Of a stretch of 64,000 nt of DNA, positions 36,991 to 51,256 are shown piece after piece. The DNA is from Hypanus sabinus (Eukaryota). Under the pieces are notes generated by a model, which did not search any database, was not told where the DNA came from, and saw nothing but the letters and a program-made list of their open reading frames with translations. The translations under genes and the position numbers were made by a program. The stretch is taken from positions 94,364,001 to 94,428,000 of the forward strand of contig NC_082714.1 in the NCBI RefSeq assembly GCF_030144855.1. Direction: 5' to 3'. Positions within the stretch are counted from its first letter, which is position 1; the number at the start of each line of letters is the position of its first letter.

Positions 36991-38620
36991 TTATAAACAT
37001 AATATCGCTTTGCGCTTCGAACGGCACGCCACAGAAGCATGCCTTCCGGCCCACTAAGATCCGTCGGACTAATTGAATTTGTTCACACTTTTTTCAAATT
37101 CTCTACGAAACTAATCCCTTCTGGTTGAGGAATGTCCATGTTATTCAGTTCTGGCTCATCTAGGTGACCCTCGTAAATCTCTATCACACTTGCCTCTACC
37201 AACATGCCGGGCAGTGAATTCCATGCTTCCACCATTCTCTGTGTTAACAAAACTGGCACGCACATCTGCTTTGCATTTACCTGCGCTTATCTGAATCGCA
37301 AGAAACGTTTCAACAACAGGGAAAAATAGAGTGGCTGTTTTTTTTTCTATCTGTACATCAAAATGATAAAACTAAGATATCCACAAATAAAATAACAATT
37401 AATAAGATGCATATACAAAAAAGTTAAAAGTCAACGGTTTTATGCTATTGGCGCTTCATACATGTTGAGATATAGTTGGTAGCAGGATATTCAGTAGTCT
37501 TATGGCTTGCAGAATAAAGCTGTTTCCAACCTTACAGTTCTTCACTCATGCTACAGTATCTCGTTCTAATAGCACGGGTCAAATAAGTTGCTGGACGGAT
37601 AGGAGTGATGATTGATAATGCTAAGAGCCCGGCGTACGCAAAATCAACATTCCCTTGTAGCGGATACTCCCTATCCGGCAGTATCCCGGTAAACCTCTTC
37701 TTCACTCTCTACAAAGCCTCAACATCCATCCTCTCTGAACTTATCTTCTACATCCTTCTCGTTGGTAAATACTGATGCTGAACAGTGATTCAGATCTTCA
37801 CCATCCTGCGCATCCAACCACATGCTCCCTCGTTTATCATTAAGTGGTCGCCCCCATTCAGAATTTATCCACTTGCTGTGCATATTTGCATGGAACGTAT
37901 ATCTTGTTGCCTATAACGTTTCATGAGCCCGCTTTGCCATACTGTTCGCTTCGAGGTAGCTTCTGGCTTCTTTGAAACTTTCAATTGCTCTTTTTGATCT
38001 TTAGGTTTGTAAATCTTTTATTTTTTGCAGAAAGGATTCCTTTTCCATCACGAATAAATTATTTGCCAGTTTCGATGTTTGCGCCTAAACAGCTGTTCCC
38101 AATTTACTCACCCCAGTTTCTGCCTAATATTCTCCTGCCTAATATTTAGCCTCGAATAAAGCTTATTTATAATATTTGTTCTTACATACGGCTATCTTAA
38201 AACCTATGGAGTTCTGATCAGTGTTCCCTCGATGATGTTCCCAAGGAAGGCCAGTTATTTGTCCAGGTTCATTATCAAACTCCAGGCCCATTATGCCCCC
38301 TTCACTTGATGATTTGTCTGCACATTGCTTCAGAAAACAACATGGATTCACCGAAAATAATTCTTCGTCTAAACTTTTTGAAGTAAGGGAAATCCTACTC
38401 TATATTAGAGAGGTTGAAACCACCCACGGCGACAACCCTGAGCAGGATTTAATGCGATAAACAAATTACAGAGACGATAATATTGTAACAGCAGGCCATA
38501 TAAAATCGTGTAACTGTAGTGGGTCCTCCACCATCGCCGGGAAGGCTATAACCAATTCCACACTTAGCGAACGGTGTAGATGTTGGATGGGTGACACAGA
38601 TAGTGCTCAAGGGTTGGAAT

Positions 38621-38847
38621 GGTCACATGGACGGATTTACGGGCAGGAGAGGGTCACACAGAAGGCTGTATGGACTGGAGGAGACACGCAGTGGGCTGCA
38701 TGACCTGGAGGGCTATAAATTCTGGAGGTGTCACGCGGAGGACTATAAGGGCTAGACAGTTCACACGAAGGGCTATACGTACTGGATGTGTCATACAGAT
38801 GGCTGCAGAGGCTAGAGGAGTCACGGAAATAGAGCGCGCTGTAGGTG
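38621..38847. repeat. Degenerate 30-bp minisatellite (about 7 units, one truncated)
   Basis: Units such as GGGTCACACAGAAGGCTGTATGGACTGGAG, GTGTCACGCGGAGGACTATAAGGGCTAGAC and AGTTCACACGAAGGGCTATACGTACTGGAT occur at 30-bp spacing. Confidence 0.75.
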
Positions 38848-41800
38848 CTGAAGAAGTTGTAAAGGGCGCAATGTATATAAGGAAGGACATTGGTCCTGGT
38901 CCTCAAGTTGCTGGATGCGGAGGGAGACAGGGAGGGATAATGCCGGAAGCTACTGCCATTCAGGGACAGAAGAGCGTCCTTGAGCTGTACAATGTTATGG
39001 GTGCACTCGGACGTGGGCTATACAACGTTACACAGACCGGAGGTTGAAGAACAGTACCGAAATCGGAAAAACACAAGGGACAGGTTAAGGAAATGGAATT
39101 GGAGACGAGACGCTTATATCCATTTGCTCATACGTTGGCTGCACATTATCCGCCAGAACAAAGGATCCAGACTTCTCACTCCAGATCATGAGATGCTCCC
39201 ACTGAAAATACAGAGGGAGATTCTCACTGCTAGAAGGGGAAGAATAATGGAACGCCGTGCTGCCGAAGGGGTAGAATTGAGTCAGGTGCGATCGGCTTTG
39301 AGACGTATTATGGAACTAATTGGTTTCGGTCTGAACCGAGCCGGTTGCTACTGAAATAATTTTCACCAATATGAAATTGAACATTCCCTAATAAAGGAAT
39401 GAATCAGCTTCAGATTCAGAGTGAAATGGAAGCAGTTGTGGAGTGGCCGGATCTTCTGGTGCGTAATCTGTGCATCATCTTCATCTGTGTGGAATTCCCC
39501 TTCCCATTCTTCTGCCGAAGTCTTGAGTTCGTGCTTTTGTAACGGTTGTGTTACGCGGCTGGTTGTCCAGAATACTGAGTCGGAGAGATGCACAGTGGAA
39601 AGTACCCTCAGTGGTTGCATCACGGGCTAGTATGTAAGCACTGATGTCCTTAAATGGAAATGGCTAAGAAAAGCTAGAGGATATTGCCAGTGCATCACTG
39701 GTAAAACCTTCCCATTGAGCACGACCACGCAAGCTATGTCGAAGGTAAGAAACACCCATCATCAAAAAAGGTTCCGTACAGGCCGTGCACCCTACTCGTT
39801 TCTGCCATCAAGAAAGAGGTACAGGACCCACATCAGTTTCAGGAAGAGGTATTACCCCTTAACCACCAGCCTGTTAAACCAAAGCGTATAACTACACACA
39901 ACTCCACTTTTCCCAGCAATGTACCTTTGCCACAACCCATGGATTAACCTTCATCTCTTCACCTAATGCTCAACTAATGCTAATTCATTCATTATCATTA
40001 CTACTGTTGTTTTTTTGGGGGGTTTTTTGCATTTGCAGTTGATTGCCTTCTAGTTATGTCTCCATTCTGTATTCTGTCTTTTATTGATTCTATTGTGTGT
40101 CTGTATTTACTGTGAAGACCCGAAAGGACATTAATCTCAAGGTTTTATATGGCGATGTTTAAGTACTTTTATAATAAATTTACAACTATCTTTGAATCCG
40201 CCAGAGAATAAGAAACACTGTATATCCCGTGGAAACTGGCGTCTTCCCAGTTATATATAGCCAAGCTCACATTTGGGGGTGGTGAAATTGACAAGAAAGG
40301 AATTGTTAAATTTTTGAGACTGTGAAATCTAGGGAGGTTTTGGGATTTGGTATATCTACTGGTTATCATTTTCCTAAATGCTATAGATATCTCCTTAGAT
40401 TCAAATACAGTAAATATATCCCCAACCTTCAAGGAAGAGAAGCAAAAGAAAGTAATCCAGAAAGTACAATAGACGAACATTCATGGCAAGAATCGTGTAA
40501 GTCTGCCAATAAGAACGCGGTAACAGGAAAAAAAAACGAAAGAATGGGATAGAATAATTATGGATTTGTCCGAGTGAAACATGTCTGGTAACTGAACAAC
40601 TTGAATTTCTAATTCGCAGAAGCGGTAAAGGCGAACAAGTCAATAACGTATCTTTCTGAAAACAGTTAATGAGTTCTGTTACAACATTATTATATTTAAT
40701 GTGATATCTTGGCAATGATTGATGGTTGGTTAACGGAAATAGAACGTACTTAATTTAAGGTGACAAGTTTATAACCAATGTTCAACGTACAAAGCAAATA
40801 AAATGTACTGTAACGCGACAAAAAAATAAGGACATGCTCATCGATCAATAAGTGGTAATGACATTTTAAATGACCAAAGGCTGAAAGATGTTGATATGCA
40901 AGGGGTCCCAGGAGTTAATTGAACAGAGGACACTGAAAGTTATAGTGCAAGTATAAGAGTCTGCCGGCTTTTGTTGCAAAGGTTTGATTACAAGGTTAGA
41001 TTTAGGACTAAGGAAATGTCTAAGGTCTCTAGTAGAATTGTTTATTCGTTCACAAGTCTTACAGAATGATTGTTTTAGGCCTGACAGGTTTGAGTTAATG
41101 ATTTTCTTAATGAAGGTACCTTGAACCACAGCCACGCTTTCAAAATAGGGTCGACAACTGAGGACTGAGCCGACAGAAAATTTGCTCAACGAGATCGTAA
41201 TAAATCTCAATTATTTTCTACGGGTATAGATCTGGAGTCTTAGTGTCTGCTCATAGTTGTGACCGAATGGGACGATTGTTTTTTTTATTTTAGATGCAAA
41301 GGCGGGTGTGGGATTAATATAGAAATACTACAGTGTTGCCAAGCCAACCATGTTCATATTAGAAGGGAATAGGGATGTAGAGTACAGTGTTGCAGTTACA
41401 AAAGAAGTGCAGAGCACGTTGAAAAGTAACGTACGGAGGCCACACGGCCGAGCGAAAGAAAGGAATGTGATATAACACCTCCTGTTTCTTGTCTGATTCG
41501 CACAGCGCTTTCCACACACGTGTTCAGCGTCATGCATCGAATAGCAACCTTTGCAGTTGAACACACTTACTGACGTTTAAACTGTAAAACCTGTAGCGCG
41601 AACTGCACGGGACTTAGCACTCAGTTGCTTTAAAAGCGTGACTTAATTTCAACAACTGACAGATGTTTCGATTCTCTTCCGAGCCTACGGATATCTCAGC
41701 AAACACTGCATGCGCAATTTGCTGTGACCGCTGCAACGAGGTTTATAAGGGTCTACGTCCTGATCTTTCTCCTTCCAAGTTAGTCTTCGTTGATTCGAAA

Positions 41801-41989
41801 CTGGGGCGCAATTCTGGCTCCACATCTTTAAGGTGATTGCTTTTAAACAGTGGTTACCAACTTTAGTTATGCCAGGATACCAACCTGTAAATGAGGAGTT
41901 TCTAGACCCAAGGTTAAGATCCACCACCTTCGGGGAACATCGATTCATGAGAAATTATTCATGGGCAGCGAAGTGCACCTTGGCCAGAC

Positions 41990-42650
41990 CCGGAGGGCGC
42001 TGGCATGATACATTTCCCAAACACAGGTGGGACAGGCTTATATAAAGTCACAGACATCTGGAAACATATATGGCCAATAAATTGTTTCTTAGTAATTTGT
42101 TGGGACGGTTGAATTCCCGGATATCCAGCCAGATGGGAGGAGTGACCTTATTCCAACACTTTCGGACGCACCGCAGCAGGGACAAGCAGCCGGTTGGGAG
42201 GTCCTGCACAGGGGCTTGGGTCCGACTGTTGGACGGCCGTCAGCTCTGCCTCTATTTCCCTGATCACCGGAAGAGCAATGCACGAGTGAGGAAGAATGGG
42301 CATTGTCCTCAGATCTGTGCAACTGCCGGGACGGTAGGTGAGGATGAAACTAAACCGCGTGAAGAAGAGACCCCACCGGCCGTGGCGAGAGATAAGTCTC
42401 TTTACATCCTAAATGTAGCAGAGGTTCTTCTGATCTGTCCAGAGCAAGATCTGATGCTCTGTCCTCTCCAGACAGTGTCGCCATTCCTCCTGGGCCCACT
42501 TGACAGCAAGAAGTTTCCGGTTTCCGTAGTTCCTCTCGGCCGGAGCCAAACGACAGTAACAAAAGGCAGAAGGCACGAAGGTGCAGCCGGCTATCGGCAG
42601 AAGAGCGCTGAGAGAGGACAGCTCCACTGCCGACATTGAATGCATTGTTT
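41990..42650 (-). mobile_element. Chromovirus-type Gypsy pol remnant (RNase H to integrase)
   Basis: [38 protein letters not shown] matches the RNase H of the element at 27-31 kb. Confidence 0.7.
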
Positions 42651-43099
42651 TCGAGTATGAATGGCTGTGATGTGTCTGGGTGTTGCCGTAGCGAGACAGT
42701 GGGGAATGGAGATAAATACCATCACAATCAAATAATTATTAGCTTACACGTGCATTTTCAAGGAGTACAATTGCTGTATCTGCGGTGCTGCTGAATCCGT
42801 GGTTGTGACACAGGTAAAACTGTCCCCAAAATACATCGACAAGCAGTGCTATCGCAGAAAAGCAGAATCCACCATCAAGGGCCGCACCAGTCCGGCCAGG
42901 CTTTCTTCTTACTGCTGCAAGAAAGAGATACAGGATCCTACACTGGCAAGTTTATGAACAGTTACAGTATTAATCTTAAATTATTAGGCTTCTGAATCCC
43001 AACATGAATTGATTCCTCAAACTCTGGGATCGCTTTCAAGGACTTCTACAACTCCATTTGTGAGTTCTATGTATGTACGTATGTATCTGTCAGTCAATC

Positions 43100-43146
43100 A
43101 ATCTATCTATCTATCTTTCTATCTATCTATCTATCTATCTATCGAT
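43100..43146 (+). repeat. (TCTA)n microsatellite
   Basis: Direct reading. Confidence 0.9.
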
Positions 43147-43559
43147 CGATCTCATTGCATGGCAAAATTTGTTGTCTTTTGTACATTGGTTGTTTGTCCG
43201 TCTTAGTTTCTGTGCAGTCTTATATTGGTTCTATTATGTTTCTTTTATTTACTGTGATGAAAATGAATCGCATGGTAATGTACAGTGACATATATCTACT
43301 TAATAGGATTATGGCTTGTAGTCCCAGATCTGCAACGACTTGCCAGGCCGTGTTGTTCACCCTGGATTAATTTTTCCACAACAAACAAGCAGGCAGAAAA
43401 AAAAGACATCGTGGACACTACCCACCCAGAGATCAGCCCTTTCAAAAAGCTCCTGGAAATGCCACATGACAATTAAAACAAAAAGCTCACACCATCTTAA
43501 AAGTTCCCCCTCCAGGTATTTAATCTACTGAACAATTCTAATTAGCCTCCCCCTCTATC

Positions 43560-43990
43560 TGTTAACGCCATCACTACACTGTGCTGCAGCCCCTTGATCA
43601 TTTTCGCATAAAGCCGTTGATAATTTCCATTGAGCCTTGTTTCTTTCTACAATGCATCTCCTTTCATTTACAATTCACCTGCCATTTCTTTGCCCACTTT
43701 CCGTTGATCTTGATCTTGTTGCATCCCTGGACAGCGTTCTTCATTCTCTTTCCCAATGCCAATATTAGTGTCATTCGTATATTTACTAGCTATGCCACCT
43801 ACCTTGTCATCCAAAATATTAAAGTGACAAACAGCAGGAGGCCCAGAACTGATCCCCACTGCATATCACTGGTCATTGTTCTCCAGTCTCAATAACAGCC
43901 CTTCCTAAACTCCTTCCACCAAGTCAATTTCGTATCCAGTTGACCATATTATTCTGTACCCTTTATGATTTCACCTACCAAATCAGCCCA
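43560..43990 (-). mobile_element. CR1-type LINE RT fragment
   Basis: The reverse strand reads ..FNILDDKVGGIASKY.NDT.IG....E..C...QQDQD, a degraded SKFADDT motif. Confidence 0.6.
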
Positions 43991-46929
43991 CCTTGCAACA
44001 AATACGGAATGATAGTTCACGACATAAATAATATAGTGATTGAATTCATTTGCAGAGAACTTAAGGACCAATATAATTGAGGAGCTTTAAATGTTTAATA
44101 AAAATTTCAGACCAGTTGAAATGAAAGCAATTGCTTTTACCGTCTTAATGTCGAATAACATCAGACCAGGGCTCCGAAGAGAGGTAATGGTGCTACCATG
44201 TACTGCGATATTCCATTATTGCTACTTCAGGATTTTTTGCACTACCTGAATTGCACTACTAACGAAGTAGAATCAGAATCGGGTTTAGTGTCAAAGCAGG
44301 CAATTTTGTTGTTTCGCGGCAGCATAAACTGCAACACATAAAAACACGTTAAATTACAATAAAATATTTTTTTAAATTCAATTAATTAAGTCGTGGAAAA
44401 ACAGAGCAAAATAGTGAGGTAGTGTTTATGAGTCGATTCATTTTCTGTCAGAAATCTGACGCTGGTGGGGATAAAAATGGTCGTAAATGGTTGAGTGTGC
44501 AATATTTGGCTGTTGTATCTTCTCCCTGATTTTAGCATTCGCACGATCTACAATGCATTTGTCAGTTATTTATACTCTTGTTTACTCGACCTTTAAAATT
44601 CTTTGCCCCTCCATGGCCCTTTCAGAGCTTATTTTTCTAATTTTCCTGAATAAGTTATGAAACATTTACCCAGGCATTTATAATCACTGTACAAGTTAAT
44701 GTTCCAACCATATTTGTTATTTATTGTGTCGAACTACACTCGGATTGTCTACTTCACAGTATCGACAACTTCATTCACTCCTCTTGGAAACACCAAAGCC
44801 ATCATCCTGTATGAATACAAGGAGGTGCCTTTAGTACAGAGACGAGAAGGACTTTACCTATACAGAGAGTGGACGTCAATAGGGGTTCTTCATTACTAAG
44901 GGCGTCAAAGGTTACGGGAAAATAGGTTTGAGAAGGATAATAAATTAACCATGATGGGATGGTGGAGAAGACTTAATAAGCCAATGGCCCAATGCTGCTC
45001 CGACGTTTTGTGGTCTTAAGTTGTTATCTTTATTTCTTCACCTCGTTTACCGCTGAAGCAAATCAGAATTTAGTAGTACTGCAGAGAAGGTTGGTGGGGT
45101 GATGGGTCTCACCCGGCCCCGTAACGTTCTGGGGATGCTCTCTGTTTTCTCTCGCAGTCTTCCTACGCTAATTGAATTCTTAACGTGGGCTCGATGGCGA
45201 GAGGGCAGGAGAAAGAGAGGATTTCGCCATCCAGATATGATTTGCAGTAGGTTTCGGGAAAGGCTGTCAGTGACAGTTCCAGCCGCACGGTCCTGATTTT
45301 CAGCGGCCTTCCGGGAGTCATGGCCATGAAAGTATCAATCCGCTACAGATAAGATGTGCGTCTTTCCCGATGTCTCTGAACTTACGTGAGCTAAACAAAT
45401 CTAAGCATTTTCAAACATACCCAGTTGAGAAACTAACTGCCCTGCCCTATATACTAGCTCCCGAGAGCGTCATCTCGCGGCATCGCTGAAGCAATTTCTT
45501 CAACGAATTTGCAAACTTTATTCCAAGAGGAATATTCAGTCATATTTTCCAGTCTTGGTTTACAATGCATGCTTTATAAAAAATCTGATTTATCATTTTT
45601 GTTTTTCTTATACAGATCTATTCAATTTTACTTTATATCTATGTTGAAAAATTCGGCTTGTGAATTCAAGAGTTCTAAGAACGTTTCAGGAAGAGGTTGT
45701 TTTCCTCTGCCGTCAGATATCTGAAAGGACAGTGAACCCATCAGACCACCTCAGTATTTTCCCTCTATTTTACACTACTTATTTAATGTTATTTTCTATC
45801 TACTTCCTATTATAATTTATATATTTAATTATATATTTTAATTTTCTGCTACCTCAGAAGCACATCTGGCAATTTTGTTACACCTAATTCTGGTTCTGAG
45901 TTTCTTTTTTAAGACTGTGCTAATTCAGACCCTTACCACATTGCTTGAATTGACAAATAAAGCTCTGAGTTGCGGAGATGGAAGGGGGCCCACAAGGAAG
46001 AGCGGTGCAGTGGGAGAGGAGAGGCTAGAGGGGAATAGGCGAGAGCACGGAGGGTGCTTGAAACCATGACTATTAACGGATGCTGCTTCAGAAGGCACGG
46101 AATGAGTGAAATGCTTACACAGTGAAAACACATTATGTAAGAAACTCAGTTTAATTACAATTGGTAGATGCCCTGCTTCAGACCTACAAATTTTTTTCAT
46201 ACTTTTTGTAACTGTGAGTTGATTTAGTTCAAGTTCAAATTCTATTTAGTGACATTTAAACTTATACGTGTATTCAGCTAAACGAAAATACATTCCTCCA
46301 AATCAAGCTGCGTCTCAACACAATACATATAACTCACACACGACACATGAAGTAATATTTCCACAAATAAAGTAAATTCCAACATATTAATATTTAGTCG
46401 ATCTTCTCTTCATTAGTGATTCCCAAAATGCTTCGTGATGTTGATTTCCCTTCAGCCGAGATTCGGTGTGGTGTTGCTGATAAGACGAGGGTATCAAGTC
46501 TGAGTCAGAAGATGGGGGAATGGGAAAATCCGTAGATGTTGAGAAGGATTCTCCAGGTAGAATAAATCACACGATGGCCATCAGGATGTTCCATCGGACT
46601 GCTCCGTCCATCCCTTGGTTCCCTTAATTTTCACAGTTCATAAAAAATGTTCAGCAGCAGATTTTGAAGAACCAATTATTCCGACATTATTTGCCGTTTG
46701 CGCTAGTTGATTTTACATTTTTGTTTCCAGCCTCTGAATACATAGCATTCCATTCCGTCACTCCCGAAACTCTGACTTGCCTCTCCTGATTAGAGGGTCC
46801 CGAACTACCGGCAAATTGTTTCCAATCGCTACTAATATATTGAAAAGCTATTAAATATTTCATTACTATTCTACCTGCGCAGTTAATTTCCAAAAGTTCA
46901 AGTGGACACGAGAATAGTAGAGCAGCTTC

Positions 46930-47520
46930 AAACCCAGTTTGAGGAATGCTTCACGGAAAGCGACCAAGGTATTATTTAGTCAGATTGCACTTGGAGTATT
47001 GTGAGCAGCTTTGGGGACCTTATCAAGGAAAGAATGTGTTGGCATTGGAGAAAATCCAGAGAATGTTGACGAGAATGATTCTAGGAATGAAAGGGTTACC
47101 ACATGAGGTTCGGTTGATGGCTGCAGTTCTGTAGAATAAAGGGTATCTCAGTGAATCATGTTCAACAATTATAGGTTAGGCAAGAGTGGATGTGGAGGAA
47201 AGAATATTTCCTATAAGGGGCGGGGGTGGGGGAATCTAGGACCAAAGGGACAGCCTCTGAATTGAAAGCCTTCAGAAGCGGGATGAGTAAATATTTATTT
47301 ATTCAGGGGGCGGTGAGTCTGTGGAATTCATTACCACAACAGTTGTGAAGGCCAAATTATGTGTACTTTTGAAAAGGGGGCTTGATAGGTTCCTGATTAG
47401 TAAGGATGTCAAATGAAGGCAGAAGAATAGCGTTGAGAGGGATAATTAATGGGCAGTGCAGGATAAACGGAGCAAACCCGGTGGTCCAGATGGATTAATC
47501 TGTCCCTATGCCATGTGGTC
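46930..47520 (+). mobile_element. CR1-type LINE 3' fragment
   Basis: LVRLHLEYCEQLWGPY..KNVLALEKIQRM.TRMI.GMKGL. Confidence 0.75.
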
Positions 47521-48889
47521 ATATTTTTATGGTCTAAAACCACGTTGTATTACCTAAACCGCCAAAGATGGCTTCATCAGATGTGGGCACACAACTTCTC
47601 CAAATGGGAGAAGTTCGGGAGGTTGCCAAGTACCGATTTCTACAGCTCAGGATTCAAGAGTCAACGTTTTTCTTATTGTCATTCGTCTGCACACTACTTT
47701 ATAAATAGAACAAAATTTTTATTGCTTCAGAACCGACGCAGCATAAATAGCATAATGAACATAATAAAGACAATGCAAACGCAAAGAAGCGCAAAAAATA
47801 AAGGCAATCCTATAAAACGCAACGTACAATAACTGATTAAGCTGCAGCGTAATTTATATCCACAAATGGAATAACTCCGAAAATGATCATTAAATAATGC
47901 GATTCAGTACGTTTTAATCATATTCCAACATATATAACTCATACAAAGGAAAAATCAAAATTATAACACCGAGCGAAGTTTAGAGATGAGACTGAATGCA
48001 AAGTATGCAAGAAGCCCCGTTCTGTACTTAAAGCTTACAATATGCCTGAATTGCAATATCGATGCTCGTCCAGAACTTTATTTACATAATAAACAAGCAC
48101 GTAGAAATCTTGTTTAAATCCGGAGCATCAGGTCTTGAGTTGTTCAGAGGGTTTCAGTGTGACCTCATGTTCGGTACACTTCTCCGTAATTCGCTGAAGT
48201 AGAAACCAACCAGATTTTCATCTTCGAGCAGAGGAGGGTGCAGCGAAGTCGAGTTAAGCATAAAGGATCGGCGCTGGTGACTGGAATGTACCAAACATTG
48301 ACAATTAAAACTTATCGCACAGCAGGATAAGTTCTTCAACAGAGTTACCACTGTGCCGACCTTACTCTATGCGACACCTCCTTAAATAACTCCAGCAGAT
48401 TAATCAAATATGACTTCTGTATCATAGCTCCCTGCTGACTCCTTTCTTACCCATCATTTTAGTACCCAATCCCAAACACCAAGTTTGTGAATCTTAGAAC
48501 GGCGTTCAAACAGCGTCCGTACCTGAGCCGCGCTACCGTTTCCCTGACGCGTTGCCGATTGACGTCTCCCTGTGTATTGAAAAATTGTGAATTAGAACTA
48601 TAATCTGGCCAATTTACAATAAGTTTCAGAAATGTCTTGTATGTCAGAAATCCCAAATATTACAACAGCCTCCAATATACCAGCAGTCGTTCTACGGTAA
48701 TAGTTTCTAATAAATTCCATTCACCAATGGCTCTCAGATGCGTTATAACTTTCTTATTCATTCCCCAACATGACAATGACCCCATCATGAGAATAGTTCC
48801 TAAATACGCACACGGCCTCGTCATGGAATCATATACACTAATGAAAGCATAATAATTTAAGGATACCCAATTTCGTAAAGCCTACAGGG

Positions 48890-49700
48890 GGCTTAGATGG
48901 GACATAATTCCTTCAATGTATTCAGGAGGAGATATTGAAATATGACAAGAGCATAAAATATAGGAACATAATTAAGCCATTCAGCCCATCAGGTCTGCCC
49001 CACCATTCCATTATGGGTGATCCCGGATTCCACTCAACCCCACACAGCTTCCTGCTTGCCATAACCTGCCATACCATGACTAATCGGGAGATGATCAGTT
49101 TTGCTTTAAAAATAGCCACGGTATTGGTCTCCAGAACTGTCTACGGCAGAACATTCCACAGATTCACTAAAAACTCCTCCCTACCATTGTTCTAAAGAAT
49201 CGCCCGTCGATGTTGAGGTTATGCCCTCGAGTTCTGGACACCACCACAATAGGAAAAATCCTCTCCACCTTCACCTTATCAAGCCCTTTCAACAATTTAG
49301 ATTTGAATGAGACCCGCTCCCCACCGGATTCTACTAAACTTCGGTGAGTTTTGGGCCAAAGCTGCCAAACGTTCGTCTTACGTCAACCCCTTCATTCTCG
49401 AAATATCCTCATGAACCTCCTCCAGATTCTACTTGGTTTATTCAATGCATTCACGAAGAGATATTGATACATTACGTGGCAAATCCAACTGGTACCGAGT
49501 TTGGGAATGCAACAACTGATTGTTTTAAGATCGGAATCGCTGCGGGTAACTTCGGCAAATAGCTTGTTTCAGTATAACAGTAAGGTAATAAAGCTGCATC
49601 GATATAAAACACCAGTCAGACCGCAAGTGGAATATTGAGTGCACATCTGGATGTCCCATAACAGGAAAAAAAACTGTGCAGGACGCGCAGAGAAATGCAC
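48890..49700 (-). mobile_element. CR1-type LINE 3' fragment, with interruption
   Basis: The reverse strand reads LYKT.VRPQVEY.VHIW, and a GGAGCATAAATATAGGA-type 3' UTR is present. Confidence 0.6.
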
Positions 49701-51223
49701 AATGATGCTCGCCGGGTGGTTAGTATGATGTTTAATTAAAGGTTGGGCATACATTGGTTGTTGTTCAGAAAAATATCAAAATACAACGAAATGCCAGCAA
49801 ATTCGAGACGATAAATGCAGAAGACATCAAGAGAAGCCAGAAACAATCCAATTCAACATAATATAGGATCCTGCAGCAGTTTAACTCGATTCGGTTGCTT
49901 ACACATTCAAAATCAAGTGGCAAGCATTATTCACTAAAATCTTGCTCTCTAGTGCACACCTATGAAAAACACTACATTTTACTATAAATGTATCCAGCCT
50001 TATCCATCCTACAGCCAATGACCTGTAAATTTTATTATGACCGATCCATTAGTACTGATACGATAATCCAACTTCCTCAATAGATATAGCCACACATAAT
50101 ATAAAGAATTCAATAAGTGAAAACCACCAGATACATGCTGAATGAAAAGAGGAAATTATAAGTTTATGGAACCTGAACAGGGAATAAACGCACCAGTTGC
50201 TCATAAGACCAACCTCCACCTACATTAATGGTTTCGTGTAATCCTGATCGGCATTTGCTGGTTTGGTGGTTGGGGGTTGGGGGGGGGTGCAGAATCAAGT
50301 TCTACACCTTGATCAAGGGTGACATGGAAGCTAGGGGAAGAGCCCTTTAACCCTTCTTTGTCCGAGCCCATGTCCACTGCTAGAACCAAGGTAAAAATAT
50401 CACAACGGCATTGAACACTTCCGGTATACCCATATTTAACGTATTCATTTGGAATAATTACTCGGTCCGCAACTGATCTGGAAAAGCTACAAAAATAAGA
50501 ATGGAAATCGCAAATTTTAGAAAACACTGTACGTACTTGAACACACTACCTTCGACAGAGGAGGAAGAGAATCAACAGATATAGAAATTTACACAACAGT
50601 TATATAAAACTTTTAAGGATACATTTTCATCGATGGAAAGTGAATTCAACACTTCAGTCTTGTACAAGCAAAAGTACAAACCACTACATTTCAATGACAA
50701 AAAAAATCCAGAAAAATAGAGAAATTGTCAACATAGAAGAAATGGTTAACTATCTGAAGAGCACGGCACACCATGGAAGCCGTCCTATGATCGGAGCAGA
50801 TCAGATGTCGACAAGAAGCGTCGAATACCTGGCTAGGAGTTGAAGACCACTTCACAGAAACAAGGGTGTCTTGTTGCAATGTAGGACCAGGTGGGTAACA
50901 CAAGAAAACGCAATAATATGAACAATTCAGAACGATAAACGCAGAACATGCCAAGTGAAACCAGGAATATTCCAGCACGTTACAGGATCCTGTGGCGATT
51001 TAACACAGTCTGACTACAAGCACAATCAACAAAATCATTCACCAAAATCAAACACATCATTCACCAAAATCTTGCTTTGGAATCTAACTCATTAAAGATA
51101 CTGTACTTAACCATAAATGCCAGCCTGATTCAGATTTAGAGTCAGCGAGCTTCAAATTTTATTATGACCGAAAAAGGAAAAAAAATCTGCAGTGCTGGAT
51201 ATCAAACTAATACACACAAGATG

Positions 51224-51256
51224 CTGATGAAGGGTCTCGGCCCGAAATATCGACTG
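51224..51256 (+). ncRNA. Penelope-type hammerhead motif with intact core boxes and stem II but missing the 5' strand of stem I
   Basis: CUGAUGA-AGGGUCUCGGCCC-GAAA-UAUC-GACUG. The upstream sequence is the opposite-orientation repeat start, not CAGUC. Confidence 0.55.

Noticed and set aside
39070-39350. Minus-strand phase-1 exon-like frame with one TAG and a YEQM motif
   Set aside because: No recognisable family, an internal stop, and no link to genes A or B can be shown.
41328-41480. Minus-strand GLRTLLFNVLCTSFVTATLY resembling a TCR-like TM
   Set aside because: No credible acceptor, and no upstream Ig exon was found. Hydrophobic readings are frequent in T-rich DNA.
46118-46145. CACAGTG heptamer with an A-rich stretch downstream
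   Set aside because: The nonamer match is poor (about 5/9) and there is no adjacent V, D or J coding segment.
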